From NCBI RefSeq assembly GCF_006345805.1, contig NC_043002.1, positions 67,332,001 through 67,396,000 on the forward strand: 64,000 nucleotides of DNA. Reading direction: 5' to 3'. Below are positions 1 to 12,109 of the stretch, one piece after another. This DNA comes from Octopus sinensis. Lineage: Eukaryota. Below the pieces are notes generated by a model. That model saw nothing but the letters and a program-made list of their open reading frames with translations, did not search any database and was not told where the DNA came from. How positions within the stretch are numbered: the first letter of the stretch is position 1; every line of letters begins with the position of its first letter. The translations under genes were made by a program, and so were the position numbers.

Positions 1-223
1 TTTACAATCTTATAATGATATATTATAAGATATATATTATTTGAATTAAATTATAATATATTATGGTTAATATATAGATCCACGCCCGGCTTTGCAAACA
101 TGGAAAAAAATATTTTATCTTATAATATATCATTATAAGATTGTAAATAAACGTGAAAATCAGACAAGGTTGGAATTCTTTTTATTAATATATTTCTTCT
201 ATACACATCACAACACCCATATT

Positions 224-257
<34 letters not shown>

Positions 258-299
258 ATATATATATACTTTATTTTAAGCAGCAAAATTCAACAAAAT

Positions 300-338
300 C
301 TGTTACTCTGAGTTTTCTCGTTGCCGTTCATCAGACAG
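300..338 (-). ncRNA. Minimal type I hammerhead ribozyme in the PLE pLTR
   Basis: Minus strand reads ctgt-CTGATGA-acggcaacga-GAAA-ACTCAGAGT-A-acag: conserved core, stem I ctgt/acag, near-palindromic stem III. Confidence 0.8.
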
Positions 339-1341
339 TTTTTGCTAGAATGGAACTTATATATTAATTCAATCTATACTCTTACAAACGCTACACCTTA
401 AAAAGAAAGGACTTGTTTGATTGGCCCTTTAGAAAAAACGGTCAATCTTCGAGCGATAAACAAAAAGGTCAAAATATATGTATATATATATAAAAACTTG
501 TAAAAATTATAAAAATTATAAAATCCGAGGAAAAAACCGAGGAAAAAACCTATTGCCGTTAATGAAGACAGTACAAATTAATGCATAGAAATTAAACCCG
601 TTATAAATACTGCAATACATATTTATATTAAAATCCACATTATATATCAACATCACAAAAGGATGCGCGTAAACGCCATACATACATATACAGACGTATG
701 AATATGAATCTAAATTATACACATAAAAGCATGTGTACATATATTCACGCAAACCGTCTCGCACGCAAGCTAAAATTCATCTATGTAGCAATTCTCATAT
801 ACTGAGCAAGGAGGGGGAACGAAAGAAAGGAAAGAGAAAAAAGGAACGAAAGAGGGGGGGGGAAACTTGTAGCGATGTTATTGGCATCTATAGAGGCCAG
901 TATACATACACAAGTTTGAATTGATACATATACATACCGTCGTGTGTATGCGTGCTTAAGCACAAGCATACTTTCACTTACACATACACAGATACGCATG
1001 CTTACAAATACATATGCTTTGCTATACATATACTTATATAAACATTATAATTTTGACAACATTGCTTTTTTTAAAAAAAACATTGCTTTTAAAAATGGGT
1101 GCATTAATAAAATATATACGAAAGACATATAAAATAAAATATAACATCCTATTTTGGGTCATTTATAAATAATCAAGGTAATATAAATAATCAAGGTAAT
1201 CCTATGCAATACAATAACATGAAAACAAAGTTTGTAGGTTTTTCCTAATATATATGTAGAAACAATAAGACTTTGCTATAGATCCGTCGTAGCGCTTAAG
1301 AGTCAAAATCAAAATCAAAATCAAAATACAAAATATATACT

Positions 1342-2501
1342 CTATCCATATGGTATATTTATATTCGACATTTTAATTTAGCCGCGTGCCTACATAAGTT
1401 CATTAACTCACTTCTTTGATTCAAAGAATTATTGTCTTTGAATAAGATGTGCATTTTCTCTAATAAGCAAGCTTGCACTTGAAATTATATTTGTAAGCTC
1501 CATGTCTGTATGGTGCCGCCCTGTCCAGAATGCTCCATGTCACGTTGAAAGGGGGGCTTCCTTTTCTTTTAGTTCCCAGACATATTTTGCTAGGCTGGTT
1601 TTCTTCCTATTCTCTGGGTATTTAAAAAGAATTCTTATGAGAATAAAATCTTGTTTTAAATGAATTTTCTGAAGCCCCTGTGTATGTCTTGTATTCCGAT
1701 GAGCCTTCCACTTGCACCTTGGCTCTATAAACTACTCCTTTCACTAGACATTTCCCTTCTAACGGACAGAGCTCTCGTTTTTGAAATTACATTTCTTAAT
1801 GGGCTCGGCACCATGTCTAATCTCAATTAGCTTCCTATTATTTGGCTAATGTAAGAGGCGAATTTCTCTGCAACAAGAATAGCTAACCTTCAGGGTTCTT
1901 CTATTAAATATTCTGTAGAATTTATGACCCTGCTTAAAATGCTTAGAGACTAATCTCAAAAATCCCTTACCTATATTAGTCTTTACGGGCCAAATTGAAA
2001 GCCGGGTTGAACCACAAAACTTTCCTGGTCCTAGTTCTTCGTGCAGCATTATTAGCATTAAGCTGGTTGAACTGGATCTTCTCCGAGAATCCACTATTCT
2101 TTAATGCGCTATCGTAATAAGGTGCAGCATTATGGAATTCTGCCTCGTCCGAAGAAATTGAAGATATTCTTCTACCTACATTGCTGACTAAGTTGCTAAG
2201 GATAACTGGTGGATGGTTCGAATCTTTGCTAATATACGATAGCTTTTCATTGGGCTTACGGAAAGGTTTAAATCTATCCGATCTTGCATTAAAATTTACG
2301 TCTAAAAAATCTACACTATTCAGGTTAGTATCTATCGTAATCCGTAAGCCCATCCTTTGAAAGAAAGCTATAAGGTCCTTCCTAAGTCTATCTGATTCAT
2401 GGCCGTTTAGATTATGCGTGGCTATAAGGCCGTCATCCCTATATAGACCTGCATCTATAAATGGGAATTCTATTTTTAGATTATGGAGAATAAAGGCTCC
2501 T
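1342..2501 (-). pseudogene. PLE ORF remnant: C-terminal RT, thumb, Cys motif and GIY-YIG endonuclease, with several 1-nt frameshifts
   Basis: Translation across frames: GLYRDDGL (2449-2426), VDFLDV, FKPFRKPN, WFNP, KVSYSC, CPLEGKC, GVVY...YTG, KTRFYSH, CKLC-LLEK, LNQRSELMNLCRH; stop TAG at 1344-1342. Confidence 0.92.
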
Positions 2502-3553
2502 ATGAACTTATGTAGGCACGCGGCTAAATTTAAAATGTCGAATATAAATATACCATATGGATAGAGTATATATTTTGTATTTTGATTTTTGATTTTGATT
2601 TTGACTCTTAAGCGCTACGACGGATCTATAGCAAAGTCTTATGTGTCTACATATATTTAGGAAAAACCTACAAACTTTGTTTTCATGTTATTGTATTGCA
2701 TAGGATTACCTTGTTATTTATATTACCTTGATTATTTAAATGACCCAAAATAGGATGTTATATTTTATTTTATATGTCTTTCGTATATATTTTATTAATG
2801 CAACCATTTTTTTAAAGCATGTTTTTTTTAAAAAAAAGCAATGTTGTCAAAATTAGAATGTTTATATAAGTATATGTATAGCAAAGCATATGTATTTGTA
2901 AGCATGCGTATCTGTGTATGTGTAAGTGAAAGTATGCTTGTGCTTAAGCACGCATACCACGACGGTATGTATATGTATCAATTCAAACTTGTGTATGTAT
3001 ACTGGCCTCTATAGATGCCAATAACATCGCTACAAGTTTCCCCCCCCCCTCTTTCGTTCCTTTTTCTCTCTCTTTCCCTTTCTTTCGTTCCCCCTCCTTG
3101 CTCAGTATATGAGAATTGCTACATAGATGATTTTAGCTTGCGTGAATATAGTACACATGCTTTTATGTGTTAATTTAGATTCATATTCATACGTCTGTAA
3201 TGTATGTATGGCGTTTACGCGCATCCTTTTGTGTATGTTGATATATAATTTGGATTTTAATATAAATATGTATTGCAGTATTTATAACGGGTTTAATTTC
3301 TATGCATTAATTTGTACTGTCTTCATTAACGGCAATAGGTTTTTTTCCTCGGTTTTTTCCTCGGATTTTATAATTTTTATAATTTTTACAAGTTTTTTTA
3401 TATATATATACATATATTTTTGACCTTTTTGTTTATCGCTCGAAGATTGACCGATTTTTCTAAGGGCCAATCAAACAAGTCCATTTCTTTTTAAAGGTGT
3501 AGCGTTTGTAAGAGTATAGATTGAATTAATAATAAGTTCCATTCTAGCAAAAA

Positions 3554-3590
3554 CTGTCTGATGAACGGCAACAGAAACTCAGAGTAACAG
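3554..3590 (+). ncRNA. Minimal type I hammerhead ribozyme in the inverted pLTR
   Basis: ctgt-CTGATGA-acggcaaca-GAAA-CTCAGAGT-A-acag. Confidence 0.82.
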
Positions 3591-3694
3591 ATTTTGTTGA
3601 ATTTTCTGCTGCTTAAAATAAAGCATATTACTCTACCACTGGTATTTGAGTACTCTTTTTTCCACCTTGTTTCACATTTAATGTGTTTACTCCG

Positions 3695-3732
<38 letters not shown>

Positions 3733-4186
3733 GTAGGCTTATACATACACACACACACACACACATACACCTGTGTGTATATGTAATGAATGATAGTGTT
3801 CTTTTTGCGACGTTAATAAACTCTACATATTTTCGCCCTAACAACATCATCGTCGTCGTCGTCGTAAGGTCCCTTTCACTCTTTGCCTTTCGTTCCTCTT
3901 CCTTTTTGTCCTTTCATTCACTCTCTAACCCACCCACACCCCCTGCTACACCGCCTTTCTTTCACTAATTTTATCTACACATGGTTGTTGTTAAAACTAT
4001 TTGTCGTGGGTTACAAAAAAGTAAAAATAAAATAACGAAACATATATATATAGATATATATATATTATATATATATAGATATATATGAGAGAGAGAGAGA
4101 AGAGAGAGGCACAGGAGTGGCTGTGTGATATATATATATATAGATATATATTATATATATATATATAGAGAGAGAGAGGAGAGAGA

Positions 4187-4580
4187 GGCACAGGAGTGGC
4201 TGTGTGGTAAATAGCTTGCTGACCAACCACATGGGTCCGGGTTCAGTCCCACTGCGTGGCACCTTGGGCAAGTGTCTTCTGCTATAGCCTCGGGCCGACC
4301 AAAGCCTTGTGAGTGGATTTGGTAGACGGAAACTGAAAGAAGCCCGTCGTGTATATGTATATGTATGTGTATGTGTTTGTATGTCTGCTTGTCCCTCTAA
4401 CATCGCTTGACAACCGATGCTGGTGTGTTTACGTCCCTGTAACTTAGCGGTTCGGCAAAAGAGACCGATAGAGTAAGTGTTAGGCTTACAAAGAATAAGT
4501 TCTGGGGTCGATTTCATCGACAAAAGGCGGTGCTCCAGCATGGCCGCAGTCAAATGATTGAAACAAGTAAAAGAGTAAAA
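4187..4580 (+). mobile_element. tRNA-derived SINE family A, full length
   Basis: A box TGGCTGTGTGG, B box GGTTCAGTCCC, internal (TATG)n, tail ggcggtgctccagcatggccgcagtc...gtaaaaga; more than 12 copies in the window. Confidence 0.88.
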
Positions 4581-4648
4581 TAGTAATATATTTTTTTCCC
4601 TGTAAGTTAGGAACTAATATTCCCTCAAATAATTATTATTATATATAG

Positions 4649-4702
<54 letters not shown>

Positions 4703-4772
4703 TATATATTATATATATATATATTATATATATATATATATGTGGTGTGTGTGTGTGTGTATACATACATGT

Positions 4773-4935
4773 TGGTGCAGGAGTGGCTGTGTAGTAAGAA
4801 GCTTACTTCCCAACCATACGATTGGTTTCAGTCCCACTGTATGACACCTTGGGCAAGTATCTTCTACTATAGCCTCGGGTGGACCAAAGCCTTGTAAGTG
4901 GATTTGGTAGACGGAAACTGAAAGAAACTCGTCGT
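4773..4935 (+). mobile_element. SINE family A, 5' half
   Basis: Matches the head of 4187-4580. Confidence 0.8.
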
Positions 4936-4960
4936 ATATATGTATATATGTATATATATA

Positions 4961-5380
4961 TACTCTTTTACTCTTTTACTCTTTTACTTATTTCAGTCAT
5001 TTGACTGCGGCCATGCTGGAGCACCGCCTTTTAATCGAGCAACTTGACCCCGGGACTTATTCTTTTGTAAGCCCAGTACTTATTCTTTCGGTCTCTTTTG
5101 CCGAACCGCTAAGTGACGGGGGAGGTAAACACACCAGCATCGGTTGTCAAGCAATGCTAGAGGGACAAACACAGACACACAAACATATACACACACATAC
5201 ATACATATATATACATATATACGACAGGCTTCTTTCAGTTTCCGTCTACCAAATCCACTCACAAGGCATTGGTTGGCCCGGGGCTATAGCAGAAGACACT
5301 TGCCCAAGATGCCGCGCAGTGGGACTGAACCCGGAACCATGTGGCTGGTTAGCAAGCTACTTACCACACAGCCACTCCTG
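4961..5380 (-). mobile_element. SINE family A, full length
   Basis: Reverse complement of the family A sequence, with a (tactcttt)n tail. Confidence 0.88.
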
Positions 5381-5388
5381 GGCCAAAC

Positions 5389-5990
5389 AATCACGTTACA
5401 TGACATGTTGGGGATTCGCCAGAGGGGCAGACCCTATCTATAACGTTACAGGACATGTCGGGCGATTCGCCACAGGGGCAGGGCCAATCCGTAATGTTAC
5501 ATAACATGCCAACGTTACATGACATGTCAGAGATTTCGCCAAGGGAGCAGGTGCATCCTATAACATTACATGACATATCAGGGGATTCGCCAGAGGGGCA
5601 TGCGCAACCCATAACGTTACATGACATGTCGGGGGATTCGCCAGAGTGGCAGGACCAACTCATAACTTTACATGACATTTTGCTTATTTCGCCAAAGGGG
5701 CAGGGCCCATAATGTTACATGACATGGGGGATTCGCTAGAGGAACAGGACCAATTCCTAACTTTAGATGACATGTTGGGGATTTGTCAGAAGGGCAGGCC
5801 CGAAATCATAACATTTCATGACATATTGGGGGATTCACCCGAGGGGCAGGGCCAATACATAACTTTACATGACATATCTGGGGATTCGCCAAAGGGCAGG
5901 AACGACCCATGATGTTACATGACATGTCCGATGTTTCACAAGAGAGGCAGGAACAACCCAATATGTTACATGACTTGTACGGGGTTTCCG
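5389..5990. repeat. About 51-bp minisatellite, about 12 units
   Basis: Unit approximately ataacgttacatgacatgtcgggggattcgccagaggggcaggaccaactc; ttac recurs at 5396, 5446, 5497, 5515, 5566, 5617, 5668, 5715, 5763, 5865, 5915 and 5966. Confidence 0.92.
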
Positions 5991-6792
5991 AGAGGCTCAG
6001 GAACGATGCATTCGCTTTGGGGATGAAGTTTATTCAGGAGGACGATCAAAGCGTTTCCATTGCCCCCACCAAAAAACTTTAGGGGTGCACTTCCAACCCC
6101 TGCAACCCCTGTTCCCGAGCCTATGGATAATTTCAATAAATTAGTAGCCAATTTCAACATAAATCATGCGCATGCTTTGGGAAACCCTCTGGTCATTGTT
6201 GGCAGAAACTGTGGCATCTAAGATGCTTCGACCTCATAAGTCCTCACCAACAAAGCATAATTATCTCAAACCTGCCTGACCACTGGACATTTTAAACTTT
6301 TACAAGTAGGAAAAAGAGTCACAAATATTTTTGGTCGATAGTGGAGAAAAATAATGTAAGTTGGCCGACATATTGAAAGAAAGACTCTACTATTGTCTGT
6401 TTTGGAACAAATTTTAGAATATTTTCTTGCAAAATTATTATTTATTTCCTATGGCGCATTACAGATTTTGTTTGGTTTAGATTCAAGGACGAGAAAACAA
6501 TTGGTCGGAAGAAAGGAAGAGGGAGAAAAATAGGAAAGAAAAGAGAAGGAGGAGGAAAGAAAATCATGAAAATGACGGGAGACGTGTAATGCGCAATTTC
6601 AGTAATGTGGGGAACATAAATACGGAAATAAACAAGAAGATATTCTAGTGGCCTATTATTAATCTGTATTCAGCTTCGCTCCATTATCACGGTAGATTAA
6701 TCTTCTGTAATTTTTTCGACATATGAAATGTATTAAACCTCATATGGAATCAATCACAACAGTGTAAAGTACCCTACTTTATACTGCTGCTA

Positions 6793-6896
<104 letters not shown>

Positions 6897-7079
6897 ATTC
6901 ATTAAATGGTTTTATCATTTGTTTAAATGTCCTTTTCTTTGGGTGTGGATTAAAATTCTTCGTAGAAGGAAGAAGCTGGTTTCTTAGAAAGAAACAAAAC
7001 TTCGTCACTGAAATTTTAATAAATGCAAAATGTTTCATATATTAAACCTTAGAAAATTCTTGCATATTTTTACAGATCC

Positions 7080-7257
7080 ACTTACCCCGTGTACTTGTAA
7101 ATGTGAAAACCTGAAAACCTGTACAGGTACAGTTAATTTTTGCCAGCTGAGTGCACGGAAGCAACGTGAAATAAAGTGTCTTGCTCAAGGACTCAGCACT
7201 TCGCCAAGAATCAAATTTACGACTTAACGATCGTGACCCGAATACCCTAAGCCACTT
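7080..7257 (-). mobile_element. Degenerate SINE family B
   Basis: tttgccagctgagt...gtgtcttgctcaagga matches the family B core. Confidence 0.65.
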
Positions 7258-8429
7258 ATATGTGTGTGTATGTGTGTGTTCGCGCGCGCGCGCCATTTGT
7301 ATATCATAATACCTTCGGCAGGTTCGAACGCTAATATGCTAATCGCTGTTGTGTATGTCAGAGGGAAACAACTTCTCCTTTGTATGATGACAACGTTTGT
7401 ATAACACTCGCGGCTTATTGGTGCAAGGGATTCCAGGACACGAGTGTTTCGAGGTGTCATCGCGAAGCTTTGAGTCTGAGCAAGTCGCTGGCTTTGTTTA
7501 TAATTTTAGCGAGCAAAACTGTGTGCTCATCAGAGCTAATATCTGCAAATAAAAGAAGAAAAAAAACTCAGAAAAATTTGTATTTGTACTGTGACCGATG
7601 AGATCTGAAACGATGGGAGAAGGAAGAAGCAAATCACCAGTGGAAACTGTTTGAAAATTTTATTAACGAAACATCCAAGATTCTGGATTTATCTACACAC
7701 ACACACACACGCGCGCGTGCTCACACATATACATATGTACACTCATACCTATATGCATATCTTTCTCTGTACACATACACACACACGCACACGCACACAC
7801 ACACACACACATACACACACACACGCACACACGCATACACACACACACACATATATTATCGGAATTTCGTAAGTATCAATGCACGAAACTCTCGGATTTT
7901 GAGTCACTTCGTGACTTCTGTCGATTATTAAAAGTATTAACTCATGTTTTGAGCTCTATTTTCCTGGTTATATTACCAAACTTCTTTGTGTGTGTGTGTG
8001 CATGTGTGTGTGCAGTTCACTGGTAATTACAAGCTTTGAATGTAGGGTACACATCTTCGCCTCATTGTGATAAACGATGATATTGTTTTAACGAGAGAAG
8101 GTTTCATCAAGAAACTCGTTTGATTGGTCGTTTGTTTCTATAGTTCACAGTTCAATGTATATTCCTGACTGATAACGTGATGGCATTATGGCAACTGACT
8201 GCGATCGCGGACGTTTGCTGACAAATAGAAATAAAAAGTCATATCAAATATCGTTATAGTGAATTTCTTTATTGCCTTTAAAAGGCATACATAGAAGATA
8301 CAAATGGAGGGCCCGGGGACAAACAACGGACTGTCTTACAGAGGAAGGGGTAGTGGTGTTGGGGTTACAAACATGAAAACTGTGATGAAAAACAGTATGA
8401 GTTTTAAAATTTTAATGAAGTTAAAATAT

Positions 8430-8622
8430 TCTTTTATTTGTTTCAGTCATTTGACTGCAGCCATGCTGGAGCACCGCCGTTAGTCGAGCAAATCGATCCC
8501 AGGACTTATTGTTTGCAAGCCTAGTACTTATTCTATCCGTCTCTCTTGCCGAACTGCTAAGTGACGTAAACACACCAGCATCGGTTGTCAAGCGATGTTG
8601 GGGAGACAGACACAGACGCACA

Positions 8623-8667
<45 letters not shown>

Positions 8668-8808
8668 GACGGGCTTCTTTCAGTTTCCGTCTACCAAATC
8701 CACTCACAAGGCTTTAGTCGGCCCGAGGCTATAGTAGAAAACACTCGCCGAAGGTGCCACGCATGTTGTTGGTAATCAAGCTACTTACAACACAGTCACT
8801 CCTGCGCC
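8430..8808 (-). mobile_element. SINE family A
   Basis: Family match with internal (TA)n. Confidence 0.85.
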
Positions 8809-9164
8809 TGAATATATATATGAATAAAACATACTGAAATATATTTTTCCGGGTTTATTTTCAACCCTCCTATTTAGACCCTTTTTTCCTCCTCCTTTTC
8901 CTCCGTTTGACCGGTTACACCAGCACGGCCCCATTCACAAATATCTTTATAGTGACATAATACACGATATACATTTCGGAGCTACAGAAAATTTGAAGTG
9001 TGATTGTCATAACTTTTTCAAATGTATTAGCGACGTTAGGTAAAATTAAAATGAAACAGTTCCAAGTAGAAAATCAAATCAAATAAGTTATCCACTGTGA
9101 CGAAAATTTCCTCCCAAAATATTTGCTATTAGATGAAAGATTGTTGCAGGAGAATAAATATTCT

Positions 9165-9375
9165 TTCTACTTTCTACTATAGATACAAGGCCTGACATTT
9201 GGTGTGGGGAGAGGGGCTAGTCGATTACATCGACTCCAGCGCTCCACTGGTGCTTATTTTATCGATACCAAAAGGATGAAAGGCAAAGTCGACCTCGACG
9301 GAATTTGAACCCAGAACGTGAAGATGGACGAAATGCCGCTTAGTATTTTGCTCGTCGTGCTAATGATTCTACCAG
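9165..9375 (-). mobile_element. SINE family C
   Basis: Core ggatgaaaggcaaagtcgacc...gaatttgaac (reverse of gtcgactttgcctttcatcc). Confidence 0.8.
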
Positions 9376-10262
9376 AGCAAAATAAAATTTATCTTTGACC
9401 ACGTTTTATTTCACTTAACAGCATTTACGATTTATAAATACATGAATTTGTATGAATTAAGAAGGTATTTGTCAAAGAGAGAAAGAGAAAGAGAAAGAGA
9501 GGTGACAGGAATAATATTTGGGTGAAGAAATTGAGAGGTAAAACAGTAGCACAGCTGTTGATGGGGTGGACCGCCCTGGATGATGCTTTTATGCTGTATA
9601 AGCCTGTACCGGATGTATTAGATCTAGGAGTGGGAACGATAAATTCAAGGGCTGTCCCAGCAGTATACACGCACAAGCTAAGCCAATGGGATGAAAACTG
9701 CCCTGTCAAACAGGAAGCTAAAAGCACTCATAACTTCCAGCTACATTAAGCCATATATCTCCATAATGAGTTGAGATTTCACCTTTTTATATGATTTCCT
9801 CAATAAACTCTCAACTTTTCTGGCGGCAATTTTAGGCACAAAAATTAACCTTTCATTTCAAATTAGTATATGTCTTCCACAAGCTAACGTCCGAGATGCT
9901 TGCCTCAATATATCCACTTGTAGTATTGTTGTTTACCAACGTCAACCATTTTTGGTATAAACAGTCAAATATTCGTTATTCGTTAACTATTTTAGTTTTA
10001 CAACTTGGACATTCAGGTTCGAAACTCAAGAAAAGCAACGTTGATCTGAAGCATATATTGGTCACCAAAAAAAAAAAAAAAGAGAAAAAGAAAAAAAAAC
10101 GTGTCATGTATGTGTCGTGTGTGCTATTTCTATAGAATTAATCGTTGTAAGTGAATCGAAACAGATTCAAGCAGGAATGGACGGGGGAATAGGTTTACCG
10201 TGAACTTAGCTACGAAATTTGTCCCCAGATCTAGAAATAAAGTGACTTCTTAATTTAGTGGA

Positions 10263-10510
10263 TGGAGGCGCGTGGCTTAGTGGTTAAGGTGTTGAACTCA
10301 TGATCGTAAGGTTGTGGTTTCGATTCCTGGACCGGGCGATGCATTGTGTTCTTGAGCAAAACATTTCATTTCACCTTGCTCCAGTCCACTCAGCTGGCAA
10401 AAATGAGTAATCCTGCGACGGACTGGCATCCCGTCCAGGTGGGGAATTTCTACGCCACTGAAACCGGGAAACCGGCCCTTATGAGCCTGGTATGGCTCAA
10501 GAAGGAACAT
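10263..10510 (+). mobile_element. tRNA-derived SINE family B with tail type 1
   Basis: A box TGGCTTAGTGG, B box GGTTTCGATTCC, core ttgctccagtccactcagctgg, tail gcgacggactggc...gaaaccgggaaaccggccc. Confidence 0.85.
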
Positions 10511-10538
10511 TTTTTCCTTTAGTGGGATTAATGGAGAA

Positions 10539-10890
10539 ATGTTACTCGAGAGGGTATGTGGCTTGGAGATCAGGGAGCTTCTTCAAGCCGAGTCCCTACT
10601 TCTCTGCATTGAGAGGTCACAGCTCCGATTCTACGGATATGGGATTAGAATGACGCTGACCGGAATCACAAGGTGGACTCAGCAAACGGAGTCAACCGAC
10701 AGGTGGTCTAGGGGTAGAACAAGAACGAGATGGTTGGATAATATCCATAGTATAAGTTGGCAATTTCTTGGAAATCCTGCCGGAGTGTGTAATGACGCTT
10801 ACTTATCGGACTCTATGGAAGAGATGCTGAGGACTCCGCCCTCGCAACCTTCCCAAGAATAGTGCGCGGAGAAGATGGATGGATGGGATT
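10539..10890 (+). mobile_element. RTE-clade LINE 3' fragment
   Basis: ESLLLCIERSQLRFYGY..RM...RGRTRTRWLD is a typical RTE C-terminus; ends in (gatg)n. Confidence 0.8.
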
Positions 10891-11224
10891 TAGAATGATA
10901 GAAGGGAAGTAATTGGCTGTCATAACGTTTACGAGTTTTTCCGAAGTCGTAAGCTTCGGAAAAAGCTATTGTAATTGAGAGACCAAAGTAGCTACAATTC
11001 TTTTCCGTGTAAGCTTATCACTGCATCATGAAAGCTTATTATTCCAAATAGAAAGGAAAATGTTTCCATTAGAAATAATTCGTACAAAAAGGGAATAAAG
11101 GAACGAAGAGAAGAATATATTATTGGAACTCTCTTTCCAAACGTCTGTGATATTTGTAATTTCCTCTGTGCTTTTCTTTCGCCTTTTGTATTTTACGTGA
11201 AATAACTTCGTAAATATAAGTTTT

Positions 11225-11344
11225 TCTCAAAAATGCTAAGAGTAAAAGATGTTTTATATAACGCATTCTACAAGTGTCCGAAGTTTGAAAGTGTTTAGTT
11301 ACAAAAAATATTTTTTTAATCTGTAGGTCAAAAGGTAAAGATCT
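11225..11344. mobile_element. End fragment of the GGATCTTT-terminated foldback family (see 18563-19183)
   Basis: gaagtttgaaagtgtttagtta...ggtcaaaaggtaaagatct resembles the right arm of 18563-19183. Confidence 0.65.
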
Positions 11345-11364
11345 CACATGCACATATATAAATA

Positions 11365-11532
11365 TATACGATGGGCTTCCACACAATCTTCGTCTACCAA
11401 ATTCACTCTCAAAGCATTGGTCGGTCCGGAGCTCATAGTAGTAGGCACTTATTCCAAGGTGCCGCGTAGTGGAACTGAACCTGAAACCACGCGGTTGCAA
11501 AACGAGCTTCTTAACTACACAGCCATGCCTGG
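11365..11532 (-). mobile_element. SINE family A, 5' half
   Basis: Family match. Confidence 0.75.
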
Positions 11533-11569
11533 TTAGTATACATTACTACTTAAAGAGTAATGTGCTTCT

Positions 11570-11766
11570 CTGACGTATATATTCCTCCCTGGATGGGGCG
11601 CCAGTCCCTCGCAGAGTTACTCATTTTTACCAGCTGAGTGGACTGGAGCGGCAGAAAATAAGTATCTTACTCAAGAACACAATGCATCGTCCGGTACAAG
11701 AAACGAAAAAACCACAATTTTATGATCATGAGTCCAGCACCCTAACCCATAAGTCATGCACCTCCG
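11570..11766 (-). mobile_element. SINE family B
   Basis: ccagctgagtggactggagc core plus head. Confidence 0.78.
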
Positions 11767-11825
11767 CCCGTGCAGTCGATTCTCGGAAACTTAGCTGCGA
11801 GACAAAAGAGGAATTGCTCCCCTTC

Positions 11826-11986
11826 GTATATAATTGTCTCAACCAATAAGAAGCAATTTCTTAACTCATAAAAAATTTCTTTATTCATTCGACAATATAT
11901 TTTTCTGTAGTAAAAATGTTTGGGGAAATTTTAAATGAGTTAAAAAATTACTTTACCCCTTCTTATTGGTTGAAACAATTATATAC
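11826..11986. mobile_element. About 160-bp MITE-like inverted repeat
   Basis: 28-bp arms, gtatataattgtctcaaccaataagaag (11826-11853) and 11959-11986, with 1 mismatch; inner ttaactcat/atgagttaa pair. Confidence 0.75.
11880..11885 (-). promoter_or_regulatory. Candidate polyadenylation signal (AATAAA) for the minus-strand gene
   Basis: AATAAA on the minus strand about 225 nt downstream of the stop at 12110. Confidence 0.4.
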
Positions 11987-12109
11987 CAATTTCCTATGCG
12001 GCGAACTTTCCTATGGCCCAAAACCCTGAGGCGAATTTTCCTGCGGCAAAAATGCTTGCCATGCCAGCGCATCACATATTTTAAATTAAATACAAGACGT
12101 CGAAAGAAC

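Larger units (their letters stand above)
269..3623 (-). mobile_element. Penelope-like retroelement (Naiad/Chlamys-like), 5'-truncated, with inverted pLTRs (269-1403 and 2502-3623)
   Basis: 269-1403 is the near-exact reverse complement of 2502-3623. The arms enclose RT and GIY-YIG coding sequence, the ORF end lies inside the pLTR, and both arms carry a hammerhead motif. Confidence 0.93.

Noticed and set aside
1342-1900. Selenoprotein-type Naiad (UGA for Sec plus SECIS)
   Set aside because: Conserved Cys positions use TGT/TGC (one is TTC), not TGA, and I saw no convincing SECIS in the pLTR.
4075-4206. Doubled SINE 5' end (gagaggcacaggagtggctgtgtg twice)
   Set aside because: Simple slippage duplication of about 79 bp in the flanking microsatellite, or an assembly artefact.
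4065-5504. Recurrent MTAAMLEHRL and RGYSRRHLPKVPRSG ORFs
   Set aside because: Antisense translations of SINE family A, repeated at many loci.
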